DNA of 64,000 nt. It comes from Dehalococcoidia bacterium. GTDB lineage: Bacteria; Chloroflexota; Dehalococcoidia; Bin125. The notes beneath the pieces were generated by a model that ran no database searches, was not told the DNA's origin, and saw only the letters and a list, made by a program, of their open reading frames with translations. Every line of letters begins with the position of its first letter. Position 1 is the first letter of the stretch. The stretch covers positions 544,001 to 608,000 of the forward strand of contig CAXXRD010000001.1 of the NCBI GenBank assembly GCA_963663895.2, given 5' to 3'. The translations under genes were made by a program, and so were the position numbers. Below are positions 9,226 through 18,912 of this stretch, piece after piece.

Positions 9226-10635
9226 CTAGCCGGAACGGGCGCGCGGCTTGCGCGCGCTGCGCTTCTTCGTCGCCGCCGTCTTCGGCGAGGATGCCCGCTT
9301 CGCTCGACGCTTCTGGCCCGCCTGCGCCGCCGGAAGCGCGTCCGACGGCGGGGCAGTGCCCTCTCCGGGACCAGCGTCGAGCAGATGGCCCATCTTCTCG
9401 CGCTTCGTCGCCAGATAGCGCTCGTTGTAGGGATTGGGCTCGGTTGCGAGCGCGACTCGCTCCACAACTTCCAGGCCATAGCCGCTCAGGCCCGCTCGTT
9501 TGGCGGGGTTATTCGTGAGCAAGCGGATCTTCGATATCCCGAGGTCGCGCAGGATCTGCATGCCGATCCCGTAGTCGCGCATGTCGACGGGCAGGCCGAG
9601 CGCCAGATTCGCCTCCACGGTGTCGAGTCCGCCGTCTTGCAGAGCGTACGCCCGCAGCTTGTTGTGGAGCCCGATCCCCCGTCCTTCCTGCCGCATGTAG
9701 ACGAATGCCCCCCTGCCTTCCTCGGCGATGCATTGAAGCGCGGACATCATCTGCTCTCCACAATCGCAGCGCAGGGAATGAAACACATCGCCCGTCACGC
9801 ACTGTGAGTGCACGCGGACCAGCGCCGGCTCGGCGAGGGAGAGGTCGCCCATCACGAGCGCGACATGCTCATCCACCTTCCCTTTGACCCGATACCCCAC
9901 CACGCGGAACTCCCCGAATTGGGTAGGAAGGGTGGCGTCCGTGATCCGCTCGACCAGCTTCTCAGTCTGGAAACGGTGCTTAATGATCTGCTCGATGCTG
10001 ATCATCTTGAGACGGTGGCGCCTCGCGAAGCGAACCAGATCCGGAAGGCGCGCCATCGTCCCGTCCGACTTCATGATCTCGCAGATCACCGCACCGGGCT
10101 CGAGTCCGGCCAGCTTGCAGAGGTCGACGCTGCCTTCCGTCTGTCCAGCCCGGACCAAGACGCCGCCATCGTTGGCGCGCAGCGGGAACATGTGCCCCGG
10201 CGCCGTGAGGTCTCGGGGCTTGGTGTCCGGAGACATCAGAACGTGCACGGTGCGCGCGCGGTCGGCGGCCGAGATACCGGTACTTACCCCGTTCCGCGCC
10301 TCCACGGACACGGTAAAAGCGGTCCCGAACGGCGCGTCATTGCGGTCTTCCCCAACCATCAGCGGCAAGCCCAGGTGGTCCAAGCGCTCGCCCGTCATCG
10401 TGATGCAGATCAACCCACGACCGTACTTGGCCATGAAGTTGATCGCCGCCGGCGTCACGTACTGGGCGGGGATGCAAAGGTCCCCCTCATTCTCCCGCTC
10501 TTCATCATCCGTGATGATGACGAAGTGTCCCTGCTGGAACTCCTGAATGGCCTCTTCGACCGTCGCAAATGGATTGCCGCGGCGGGAGCCAGTGCGACTG
10601 GGTCTCTTGCGTTTCCCGGCTTTCGCCGCCGCCAT
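9226..10635 (-). CDS. ribBA: Bifunctional DHBP synthase / GTP cyclohydrolase II
   Basis: DDEERENEGD, TGISAADR, RAGQTEG, RVHSQCVTGDVFHSLRCDCG, QEGRGIGL, LLTNNP. Confidence 0.97.
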   Translation of the reverse strand: MAAAKAGKRKRPSRTGSRRGNPFATVEEAIQEFQQGHFVIITDDEERENEGDLCIPAQYVTPAAINFMAKYGRGLICITMTGERLDHLGLPLMVGEDRNDAPFGTAFTVSVEARNGVSTGISAADRARTVHVLMSPDTKPRDLTAPGHMFPLRANDGGVLVRAGQTEGSVDLCKLAGLEPGAVICEIMKSDGTMARLPDLVRFARRHRLKMISIEQIIKHRFQTEKLVERITDATLPTQFGEFRVVGYRVKGKVDEHVALVMGDLSLAEPALVRVHSQCVTGDVFHSLRCDCGEQMMSALQCIAEEGRGAFVYMRQEGRGIGLHNKLRAYALQDGGLDTVEANLALGLPVDMRDYGIGMQILRDLGISKIRLLTNNPAKRAGLSGYGLEVVERVALATEPNPYNERYLATKREKMGHLLDAGPGEGTAPPSDALPAAQAGQKRRAKRASSPKTAATKKRSARKPRARSG

Positions 10636-10651
10636 GGCTTGCTGGCGCTCC

Positions 10652-11248
10652 CTACGAAAGCCGACCGAGGCCCCGCTCTTCGAGCCACTGACCTACGTAA
10701 CGCGCGATGATGTCCGTCTCCAGATTCACCCGCGCTCCCCGCGCACGCTGCGTGAGGTTCGTGTGCTCTTGAGTATATTGCACGAGCGAAACGGAGAACG
10801 TCGCATCCGTCTTGGCCATGACGGTCAGGCTGGCCCCGTCCACGCACACAGGCCCTTTCATCACAATGTAGGAGAGTAGCTCGCGCGGCGCCGCATACGT
10901 CGCGATCAGCGCCTCGCCTTCAGGCCGTAGGTCTTCAAGCGTGCCCGTTCCTTCGACCACCCCGCGCACGATGTGGCCGCTGAGACGGTCCGTAGGCCGG
11001 AGAGAACGTTCGAGATTCACCCGCGATCCGACAACGAGATCGGCCAGGTTACTGCGACGGTAGGTCTCCGGCATCACGTTGGCGAAGAAGAGGCCATCGT
11101 GCAGTTCCGCCACTGTCAGATCCACGCCGTTGACCGCAATGCTGTCACCGGCTTGGGCGTCCTCCACAATACGCGGCGCTTCGACACACAGGACGCCCTG
11201 ATCCGAGTTCGTGACCGTTCCTACCTCCTCAATGATCCCGGTGAACAC
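10652..11248 (-). CDS. ribE: Riboflavin synthase (alpha chain)
   Basis: Canonical MFTGIIEE N-terminus (GTG 11248), GDSIAVNG, VNLE repeats, GHIVRG. Confidence 0.95.
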   Translation of the reverse strand: MFTGIIEEVGTVTNSDQGVLCVEAPRIVEDAQAGDSIAVNGVDLTVAELHDGLFFANVMPETYRRSNLADLVVGSRVNLERSLRPTDRLSGHIVRGVVEGTGTLEDLRPEGEALIATYAAPRELLSYIVMKGPVCVDGASLTVMAKTDATFSVSLVQYTQEHTNLTQRARGARVNLETDIIARYVGQWLEERGLGRLS

Positions 11249-11256
11249 ATCGTCCC

Positions 11257-12882
11257 TCAATCCGGCGCGCGCGCGGCGAGGGTACCCGCCGGCCGCAAGT
11301 CCTTGATCAACAGCACGCGTTCGTCAGCAGCGCGACGGTAGTACCGGTAGCCGCGCCGCGCCCATTCCCGCCGAGATTCACCGTCGTCGCGCTCCACGTC
11401 AGCCGCTAGCCAGTCGAACCCCCGGCCCGCTGCGGAGGCTTCCGCCGCTTCGATGAGACGGTCCTCCAACTCGAATGCGCAGCCTTCGCCCATCAGCAAC
11501 GGGTCCAAGAAGGCCTTCCCTTCCGCTTGATTCGAACCGGATCGCTCGTACGCCACCCCCAAGCAGCCCAGGACGCGGTCTTTTTCTTCAAGAGCGAGCC
11601 ACACGTTGCCCGCATCGCGCTGGAGACGTTCGAACGCTTGCCGCACGGCCGCCTGTGCAGCGACGGGCCGGGTATCCCCTTCCGCCAGCTCCAGGCAGCA
11701 CTCAAGGTCCGCGAGGCCAGCGGGCCGCAACGCAACCGACTCCCACAACCGTGGACATCGTGGGTAGCCGCTGACGAGCAGGTCCGGCCCTAGCCGTTCC
11801 ACCGACACCTCTCGCAGCCGCAGCGCCTCGGCCATACGCGCCGCGCCGCGGCCGCCCACCGCGCCAGCGCCGTCACCACCGATGATCATGGGCGCCACGA
11901 CCGCCGCGACCTTGTCGACCAGTCCGAGATCAAAGAGGGCGCCGTGCACGGTTCCTCCGCCCTCGACCAGCAGCGTCACAACGCCGAAGCGCTGTGCGAG
12001 CAGTTGCAGCGCGGGCGCCAGCGCAACGCGGCCTTCGTCCGAGGTCACGCGCTCGACGGTCGCGCCCGTGGCCTCTATCCGCTCTTGCCATTCTTGAGAG
12101 GCAGCGCTCGTCGTAAGAACAAGCGTGTCCGCGACGTCCTGCCGCCGCAGAACGCGGGCCGCGGGTGAGATGCGGCCGCGGCTGTCCAGCACGACGCGGA
12201 GCGGCTGATGCGTCGCTGCGGTCGCATGGTCGGGCCGCGCGGTGAGCTCCGGATCGTCGACAACCACGGTGGACACCCCCACCAGGATTGCGTCGATCTG
12301 GGCGCGCAGCGCGTGTGCCCAAGCGCGCGTTTCCGGCGAGCTGATCCAGCGCGAGTCACCATTGGTCGCGGCGATCTTGCCATCGAGACTCGCCGCAAAC
12401 TTCACCGTCACGAAAGGGCGTCCCGCCCGGCGATGATGTGCATAGGCTTCATAGTGCCGCCGCGCCACCCCGGCGCCGTCACCCACCTCAACCCCGACTC
12501 CCGCCTCGCGCAGCTGCTCAATGCCACGGCCATCGACACGCGGATCAGGGTCTCGGATCGCCACGACAACGCGCTCGATCCCCGCCGACAGGATCGCATC
12601 GGTGCAAGGCGGCGTGCGGCCTTGCATTGAGCAGGGCTCAAGCGTCACGTACAGCGTGCTGCCGCGCGCGGCATCGTCCGCGCATTCGAGCGCGACGACC
12701 TCCGCATGAGCGCCGCCGGGGGGGCAAGTCGCACCCTCGCCTATCACGGCGCCGTCTCGCACGAGCACCGCCCCCACGGTGGGGTTTGGACTCACCATCC
12801 CCACCACCGAGCGCGCTAGCTCAAAAGCGCGCTGCATTGGCGCTGAGATCCGACCATCGGCGGGAGTTGGCCGCGTTGTCAT
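11257..12882 (-). CDS. ribD: Diaminohydroxyphosphoribosylaminopyrimidine deaminase/reductase with a C-terminal GNAT-like extension
   Basis: PNPTVG, HAE, TLEPC...TPPC, ASLDGKIA, VEGGG; about 160 extra C-terminal residues after DLLVSG. Confidence 0.93.
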   Translation of the reverse strand: MTTRPTPADGRISAPMQRAFELARSVVGMVSPNPTVGAVLVRDGAVIGEGATCPPGGAHAEVVALECADDAARGSTLYVTLEPCSMQGRTPPCTDAILSAGIERVVVAIRDPDPRVDGRGIEQLREAGVGVEVGDGAGVARRHYEAYAHHRRAGRPFVTVKFAASLDGKIAATNGDSRWISSPETRAWAHALRAQIDAILVGVSTVVVDDPELTARPDHATAATHQPLRVVLDSRGRISPAARVLRRQDVADTLVLTTSAASQEWQERIEATGATVERVTSDEGRVALAPALQLLAQRFGVVTLLVEGGGTVHGALFDLGLVDKVAAVVAPMIIGGDGAGAVGGRGAARMAEALRLREVSVERLGPDLLVSGYPRCPRLWESVALRPAGLADLECCLELAEGDTRPVAAQAAVRQAFERLQRDAGNVWLALEEKDRVLGCLGVAYERSGSNQAEGKAFLDPLLMGEGCAFELEDRLIEAAEASAAGRGFDWLAADVERDDGESRREWARRGYRYYRRAADERVLLIKDLRPAGTLAARAPD

Positions 12883-13168
12883 CGGGTCATCGGCGGTCGA
12901 TCATCGCTATCGTCCCCAACGGCACTCACCGGCACAGCCGAGGCAAGCGCCGATCGCCCCGGTCAATGCGACGACGATACGCCGAGAGGCCAGTGCCCCC
13001 GTCAGCTCTCGGCCGGACAGCAACGCGCTCCCCCTCCATCGCTCTCGATCGCAGCCGGGCATCCTTCGCCGTGCTACATCGCATCGCTATCGCGTTATTG
13101 TCGCATGCGCGGTGATCTCATCGCCGCGCCGGATGGAACAGGATAACTGCGAAGACGCGTGCGGCGAG

Positions 13169-14845
13169 CTAGAAGCTCCGGGCGCGGCGGCGCAACCAAA
13201 TGGCTACAGCCAGCACCGCGCTGAAAACCGCCACAATCCCAAGCGTCATCTGGAGCGGACGCAGCCAAGGAACACTCGTTTCGCCGTCGGCGGACGCCGC
13301 CGCCGGCCGGCCGGTGGGAGCAGCGGCCGGGCCTCGCTGCGAGCCGTCAGACTCCGAAGCAACGATCGGGACTGCTTCCGGGCCGCCGTCCTGCGCGCCA
13401 TCAAGGGCTGGATCCGCTGCCGCCGGAAGCGCGTCCGCCGACTCTGAAACGACGGCGGGGGCTGTCCCTGGGGACGCAGGCCCTTCGTGGATCCGAGCGT
13501 CAGCGGCTTGGTCTTCCACCTCAGGCACCGCCAGTGGATCGTCACCCGCTGGCATTTCAACATCTGCGACGGGCATGTCTGCATGGCCAGGAGCAGCGTC
13601 GCCGGAGACCGGTTCGTCCAATGACGCCGCATCGGCCGACGGCTCCATCATGCCGGAGCTTTCGCCGGAGATCTCGTCAGAGCTTCCCTCTCCAACCGGT
13701 ACGTCCGTGGAGACGCCGGGCGCGGGCTCCGCCGTTTCAGAGCGAGCATCCTCGACGGGCTGGGCAATGTCGTCCTCCGAAGCGCCGGCGTCCACCGCGA
13801 CATCGGCGACATCGGCGGGGGGCGCGGTTTCCGCCTCCTCGTCACCTGCCGACAAGGACTCAGCATCCCCAGAGGTATCCAGCACTGCCTCCCCTTCCTC
13901 GGGTACCAACGCGGACTCGTCCTCCCTCAGCGAGGGTCCAGCGTCCTCCGAGGTCTCCGGCGGCACGACAGCGGCGGGCTCTTTCTGCCCGCCCAACGAG
14001 TCATCGCCTGGCGCATCCACTGGCGTTTCCTTGTCGAACTCCGCGACTGCTTCCGCCTCGATAGCGGCTACTCCCAGGCCCACGTTCCCTTCGGGGACGA
14101 TGTCATCCGCGCGCGAGGCTGGGTCGTCCGCAGCTTCGGAGGCGACAAGCGCGACCGAGCCAAAGCCATCCGAGCCCGGAAGGAAGATGTCCAGCAGCTC
14201 CGGCACCGCCGCAACAAACGTCTCCTCGATCACTTCCTCAAGAGCTTCCTCAAACTCCGGGGCAGGCGCAGGTTCGACCTCCACCACGCGCGGGGCCTCC
14301 TGCTCCGGCGCCGCGGGAGCGTCGGGGCCTTCAACGAGCAACACCGAGTCCACGCGCACAGCGGCCTCAGGCGCCTGAGTAACAGTGGGATCGTCAGTGG
14401 AAGCGACAGCCTCGGCCACAACCGGCGCCGCTCTCTCCACGACCACGGTCTGCGAAACTTGCTGCACGACGGCTGTACCCGATCCATCGTCGAGGTCGAT
14501 CACAACGGCCGCTACGAGCGCCGCGGCCATCATGATCGAAACGGAAGCAGCGAGGCGCGGCACGCCCGGGCCGCCCCAGCCAGCGGCGTCCGCCGTGGGG
14601 CCGGGCCTGAATGCGGGCCGAGCCGCCAGTGCCGGGCTGAGCGTGAAGCTGCGGGGCAGCGCTTCCGTTCCCAGCGCCTTGAGCATTCCCTTGGTGTCAC
14701 GCAGCTGGGTCACCTCACTCTGGCAAGCGGCACAGACAGCCAGGTGACGTGCGAATGCCTCACGGTCCCTGGGACCCAACGCTCCATCGACGAACGCGGA
14801 GGCGTCGTCATGGATACGACGGCGAAGCAGCAGACGACCGATCAC
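13169..14845 (-). CDS. Putative anti-sigma factor (zf-HC2) with a long acidic low-complexity region and a second C-terminal TM helix
   Basis: H-x3-C-x2-C (HLAVCAAC), TM segment, D/E/P/A-rich stretch, TM plus RRR tail; start overlaps the ECF sigma stop. Confidence 0.8.
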   Translation of the reverse strand: MIGRLLLRRRIHDDASAFVDGALGPRDREAFARHLAVCAACQSEVTQLRDTKGMLKALGTEALPRSFTLSPALAARPAFRPGPTADAAGWGGPGVPRLAASVSIMMAAALVAAVVIDLDDGSGTAVVQQVSQTVVVERAAPVVAEAVASTDDPTVTQAPEAAVRVDSVLLVEGPDAPAAPEQEAPRVVEVEPAPAPEFEEALEEVIEETFVAAVPELLDIFLPGSDGFGSVALVASEAADDPASRADDIVPEGNVGLGVAAIEAEAVAEFDKETPVDAPGDDSLGGQKEPAAVVPPETSEDAGPSLREDESALVPEEGEAVLDTSGDAESLSAGDEEAETAPPADVADVAVDAGASEDDIAQPVEDARSETAEPAPGVSTDVPVGEGSSDEISGESSGMMEPSADAASLDEPVSGDAAPGHADMPVADVEMPAGDDPLAVPEVEDQAADARIHEGPASPGTAPAVVSESADALPAAADPALDGAQDGGPEAVPIVASESDGSQRGPAAAPTGRPAAASADGETSVPWLRPLQMTLGIVAVFSAVLAVAIWLRRRARSF

Positions 14846-15501
14846 GGCTCCCTCCTCGCCCGAGGCGAGGCGTTTTCTTGCTCGTACCCAGCTAGACGCT
14901 CCCGGCCAGATCCTAGTTCCCCGTTCCGCAGCAAGTAGTCCCGCAGACGGGACCTCCCGCGGCTGATCCGGGACTTCACCGTCCCGATCGAGGTTCCCAT
15001 CGCCTGGGCGATCTCATCGTAGGAAAGCTCCTGCACGTCGCAGAGGATGATCGCCATGCGTTGGTCCTCCGGCAGCGTCTCCAGACCGTGCTGGATCGCC
15101 CGCAGCGTCTCGGCCCCCAAAGCGGCGCGTTCGGGCGAGGGCGCGCCATCGGCAGGAGCGACCCACTCCCCCTGCCGTTCACGCAGGGCATCAAGCGAAT
15201 CCACGGGGCGGCGCTTGCGCTTGCGCAGTTCGTCCCGGCAGCGGTTCCCCGCGATCCGCAAGATCCAGGCTTGGAACGATCCCCCGCGGTAGCGCCCGAG
15301 TCCGCGCCAAGCGGCAAGGAACGTCTCCTGCGCCGCGTCCTCCGCCGCGGGAGCCGACGAGAGCATCCGCAGACACAGCCCGAACACGGACCGCTGGTAG
15401 CGCTCGACCAACGTGTTAAAGGCAGGCAGGTCCCCGGCCTGGGCCATCGTCGCCAGGGCGTCGTCGCTCAGCCGTGAGTCGGTTCCCCGATCGTCACTCA
15501 T
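14842..15501 (-). CDS. ECF sigma-70 factor
   Basis: Region 2 AEDAAQETFL...WILRIAGNRCRD; region 4 LSYDEIAQAMGTSIGTVKSRISRGR; start placed at ATG 15501. Confidence 0.92.
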   Translation of the reverse strand: MSDDRGTDSRLSDDALATMAQAGDLPAFNTLVERYQRSVFGLCLRMLSSAPAAEDAAQETFLAAWRGLGRYRGGSFQAWILRIAGNRCRDELRKRKRRPVDSLDALRERQGEWVAPADGAPSPERAALGAETLRAIQHGLETLPEDQRMAIILCDVQELSYDEIAQAMGTSIGTVKSRISRGRSRLRDYLLRNGELGSGRERLAGYEQENASPRARREP

Positions 15502-15686
15502 CCGGCCACAGCAAGCCTTCCAGGGCAGGCAAGTGAAGCACGCCCCGCCGAGTCCATCAGCGACGACGGAGCACACCGTACGACCGCACCGACCCGCCGT
15601 GCTTCAAACGATCTCCGTTACGCGGCCGGATCACAGACTAGCAACTGATCGGGGCCGCCCGTAGGCTGGTTGCAGCCCCAACGACG

Positions 15687-16316
15687 ATGAATCTGCACTA
15701 CGGTCCCCTGCGCGACATCCTCGAGACGGTCATCTTGGCGTTGATCGTCTTCTTGCTGGCGCGCGAGGCGATCCAGAACTTTCAAGTCGAGGGCACCAGC
15801 ATGGTGCCGACCTTGCAAAACGAAGACTTCGTGCTGGTCAACAAGCTGGCCTACCGCCAGCTCGATATCGGACCGTTCGACGCGCTTGTCCCCGGGAAGC
15901 ACAACGGTGACTTCCTCTTCGGTCCCCCGCAGCGAGGAGATGTCGCCGTCTTCCATTCGCCTCAGGATGAATCCCGCGACTTCGTGAAGCGCGTCATCGG
16001 CTTACCCGGAGAGACCGTGCAGATCCGCGGGGGCGCCGTGTTCGTGGACGGGGTACCAGTCAACGACAGCTTCCTCGTCAGTGGACCAGCCGCCGGCAGC
16101 AACGGCACCACGTACGTGCCGCCCGGCCATTACTTCGTCTTGGGAGACAATCGCAGCGCCAGCCAGGACTCCCGCAGCTTCGGCCCGATCCCTCAACGCC
16201 TGATCGTCGGGAAGGTCTGGGTCCGCTGGTTCCCCTTCGACGCGATTAGCGGTGGCGGCAGCAAGGATCTCGAACCGGCCGGCGCCGCGCAGCTCCCGGC
16301 CGCGCCGGCGCCCTAA
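15687..16316 (+). CDS. lepB: Signal peptidase I
   Basis: TM segment, GTSMVPTL (catalytic Ser), FVKRVIGLPGE (catalytic Lys), GDNRSASQDSR. Confidence 0.95.
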   Translation: MNLHYGPLRDILETVILALIVFLLAREAIQNFQVEGTSMVPTLQNEDFVLVNKLAYRQLDIGPFDALVPGKHNGDFLFGPPQRGDVAVFHSPQDESRDFVKRVIGLPGETVQIRGGAVFVDGVPVNDSFLVSGPAAGSNGTTYVPPGHYFVLGDNRSASQDSRSFGPIPQRLIVGKVWVRWFPFDAISGGGSKDLEPAGAAQLPAAPAP

Positions 16317-16321
16317 GCCTC

Positions 16322-16882
16322 ATGCCGGACGATGCGACACGCCTCCTGCGCGCTGCCGGCGCCCTGCTTACGGGACATTTTCAGTACACCTCCGGCCGGC
16401 ACGGAGCGCTGTACGTCGAGAAGTTCCGGCTGCTGGAGAATCCCGCGGCGACGACCGAGCTGTGCCGCCACATCGCCGAGCGCTTCCGCGCCGCCGCGGT
16501 GGAGATCGTGGCCGGTCCCACAACAGGCGGCACGCTTCTCGCCTTCGAGACCGCCCGCCAGCTCCGGGCCAAGGCCTTCTCCGCAGAGCGCAACCCGCAA
16601 GGCAACGGGCGGATCTTCGCGCGCGGCTTCACCTTCGCGCCCGGGGCGCGGACGCTGGTGGTCGATGACGTTCTCACGACGGGCGGCTCGCTGCGCGACA
16701 CGCTGGCCGCAGTACGCGCGGCCGGCGGCGAGCCCGTCGGCGTCGCCGTTATCGTCGACCGCACCGGGCGGCGGACCGACTTCGGGCTGCCCTTTTACGG
16801 GTGCCTCACCCTCGACATCGAGGCGCACGCGCCGGAACAGTGTCCGCTTTGCCAGCAACAGGTTCCCTTGACGATCACCTAA
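16322..16882 (+). CDS. pyrE: Orotate phosphoribosyltransferase
   Basis: GHFQYTSGRH, PRPP-binding VVDDVLTTGGS, C-terminal CPLC. Confidence 0.93.
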   Translation: MPDDATRLLRAAGALLTGHFQYTSGRHGALYVEKFRLLENPAATTELCRHIAERFRAAAVEIVAGPTTGGTLLAFETARQLRAKAFSAERNPQGNGRIFARGFTFAPGARTLVVDDVLTTGGSLRDTLAAVRAAGGEPVGVAVIVDRTGRRTDFGLPFYGCLTLDIEAHAPEQCPLCQQQVPLTIT

Positions 16883-16988
16883 TTCACCTAATTCGATCCC
16901 GGCGAGCGATCCCCGCCCAGGCCGCCCGAACGCCCATCAACCGCTTGGCGGCCCCGCCCTATCTCCCTAGTCCGGCCCTCTTCCCGTC

Positions 16989-17513
16989 TCATTCCAGGAG
17001 ATACCCAACCGCGACGACGTTGCGGCCGCTCTGCCCGCTCCCCTCGACGATGACGACGGTCGCTCCGGAATCCGCCGTCCCGACGTCCAAGGTCGCAAAG
17101 CCATCGGCCTCGGTGCGCACCCGCTCGCCCGGCAGGCCCAGCGCGTCGAAGGCCGCCTCGTAAAAGTCGAGGACCGTCCCCGCATCGTCGTCCGTCTCCC
17201 AAAACACGAGGAACTGCGGGCGGCCTTCCTCTTCAACCGCCGCGCTCTGGGTGAGGACGCCGCGCGGGTAGACCAGCTCCGGCGGAAAGCCCTCTCCTGG
17301 GGTCTCTCCGGCCGTGAAGCTCGTCCGTCTCTCCGGCCCCTCAATGGAGAAGTCCTCGCCCTCGACCCGCAGAACCGCCTCTCCTTCTTCGCCCTCCAGG
17401 ACGAGGGAGCGGTCGCCTCCAGCCTCTCCGGCGCCGCCGTTGCCGCAAGCGGCCAGCAGCGCGACCGCGGCCAGCGGCACGAGCAACCGAACGAACCGCA
17501 ACGGACGATCCAT
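16989..17513 (-). CDS. Hypothetical lipoprotein
   Basis: Signal peptide with lipobox LLAAC; acidic mature region. Confidence 0.7.
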   Translation of the reverse strand: MDRPLRFVRLLVPLAAVALLAACGNGGAGEAGGDRSLVLEGEEGEAVLRVEGEDFSIEGPERRTSFTAGETPGEGFPPELVYPRGVLTQSAAVEEEGRPQFLVFWETDDDAGTVLDFYEAAFDALGLPGERVRTEADGFATLDVGTADSGATVVIVEGSGQSGRNVVAVGYLLE

Positions 17514-17643
17514 CGCTCTCCTTCCGTCCGCAACTCCCGCCGGGAAACGTCCGGCGACGCGCCTGCGCAACGGCGCGGCGCGCTGACGACCTCCCGTCAC
17601 TGCTATTCTCTACCACGCCTTGCGGACTCGAAGGAGGCCCACC

Positions 17644-18645
17644 GTGCCCCACCCGCAACGCATCGCCGTGATCGACGTCAGCCACTGGCACGCGCGCTAC
17701 GACGCCGCCTATCTGCAGATCCTGCGCGACCTGCGCCTGCAGATCGTCGGCGTCTCCGACCGCGACGCCCGGATCGCCCGGCAGTGCGCGGACGAGTTCG
17801 AGAGCCGCGCCTTCGACGACTACCGCGCCATGATCGAGGAGAGCAAGCCGGAGTTCGTCATCGCGCTGGGGCGCCATTGCGACATGCCGGAAACCTTCCG
17901 CTACCTCGTCGACAGCGGCATCCCCTTCGCGATGGAGAAGCCCTGGGGCATCGCGGCGGAGACCGTCACCGCGCTGGCCGACCTGGCGGAGGCGAGAGGC
18001 GCCTGGGTCGCCGCGCCCTTCATGATCCGCTACCTGCCCTGGGCCCAGACCGCGAAACGGATGCGCGCCAGCGGCGAGTTCGGCACCGTTTCGCACATCG
18101 TCTTTCGCATGATCCGGCCGACCATGCAGCGTTACCACGACTGGGGCTCGCCCTGGATGTACGACCGCGCCGCCGCCGGGGGCGGGGCCCTGACCAACCT
18201 GGGGCCGCACGGCATGGACATCGCCCGCTTCATCACCGGCGAGGAGCCCGAGGTCCTCTCGGCGGTGATCAGCCACGCCGTGCACAAGACCGCGGTCGAG
18301 GATTATGCGCTGGCGACCCTGCGCACGCCGAGCGGGATCATCGTGCACAACGAGGTCGGCTACACGATGCCGACCTGGCCGAAGAACAGCAGCGACCTCG
18401 AGCAGAAGGTCGCCGGCGGCAAGGCGATGCTGGAGCTGGTCCCGGAGGGGCTGCACCTGCTCACCTCCGACCGCGACGAGGTGATCCCGGCCGAGTCCAG
18501 CTTCGCCCCGGGCTACCCGCTCACGATCCGGCACTTCCTGGAGGCGCTCGGCGCGGGGAATCCCCCGCCCGTCACCGCGCGCGACTGCGCCCGCGCGGTC
18601 CAGTTGATCCACGACGCCTACCGCCTGGCGGGCCGAGCGGCGTAG
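17644..18645 (+). CDS. Gfo/Idh/MocA-family oxidoreductase
   Basis: MEKP motif, GGGALTNLGPHGMD; GTG after AGGAGG. Confidence 0.88.
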   Translation: MPHPQRIAVIDVSHWHARYDAAYLQILRDLRLQIVGVSDRDARIARQCADEFESRAFDDYRAMIEESKPEFVIALGRHCDMPETFRYLVDSGIPFAMEKPWGIAAETVTALADLAEARGAWVAAPFMIRYLPWAQTAKRMRASGEFGTVSHIVFRMIRPTMQRYHDWGSPWMYDRAAAGGGALTNLGPHGMDIARFITGEEPEVLSAVISHAVHKTAVEDYALATLRTPSGIIVHNEVGYTMPTWPKNSSDLEQKVAGGKAMLELVPEGLHLLTSDRDEVIPAESSFAPGYPLTIRHFLEALGAGNPPPVTARDCARAVQLIHDAYRLAGRAA

Positions 18646-18725
18646 GCGCCTGCCACGCGACCATGCGCCGGGACCTGCATCCGCGTGAACCGCGAACAGC
18701 CGCGGCATCGTTGTAGCATTCGCGC

Positions 18726-18801
18726 GGGCCCTTAGCTCAGCTGGAAGAGCAGCGGACTTTTAATCCGAAGGCCCAGGGTTCGAGTCCCTGAGGGCCCACC
18801 A
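18726..18801 (+). tRNA. tRNA-Lys(UUU)
   Basis: GGGCCCT acceptor arm, TAGCTCAG D-arm, CGGA-CTTTTAA-TCCG anticodon arm, GGTTCGAGTCC T-loop, encoded CCA; 76 nt. Confidence 0.97.
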
Positions 18802-18912
18802 CACCGGCGAAAGAGAAGGGTCAAATCTCAACGTGACCGACCCTCTGTCGTCGGACGTCATGCGAACCTGGAATTGACTCATCGGTCTAGGCAACTCGAT
18901 GAGAGACGCGGC

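Noticed and set aside
12883-13168. FMN riboswitch upstream of ribD
   Set aside because: Conserved RFN segments (AGGGCGGGGTGAAATTCCC, AGTCTGGATGGGAG) are not present.
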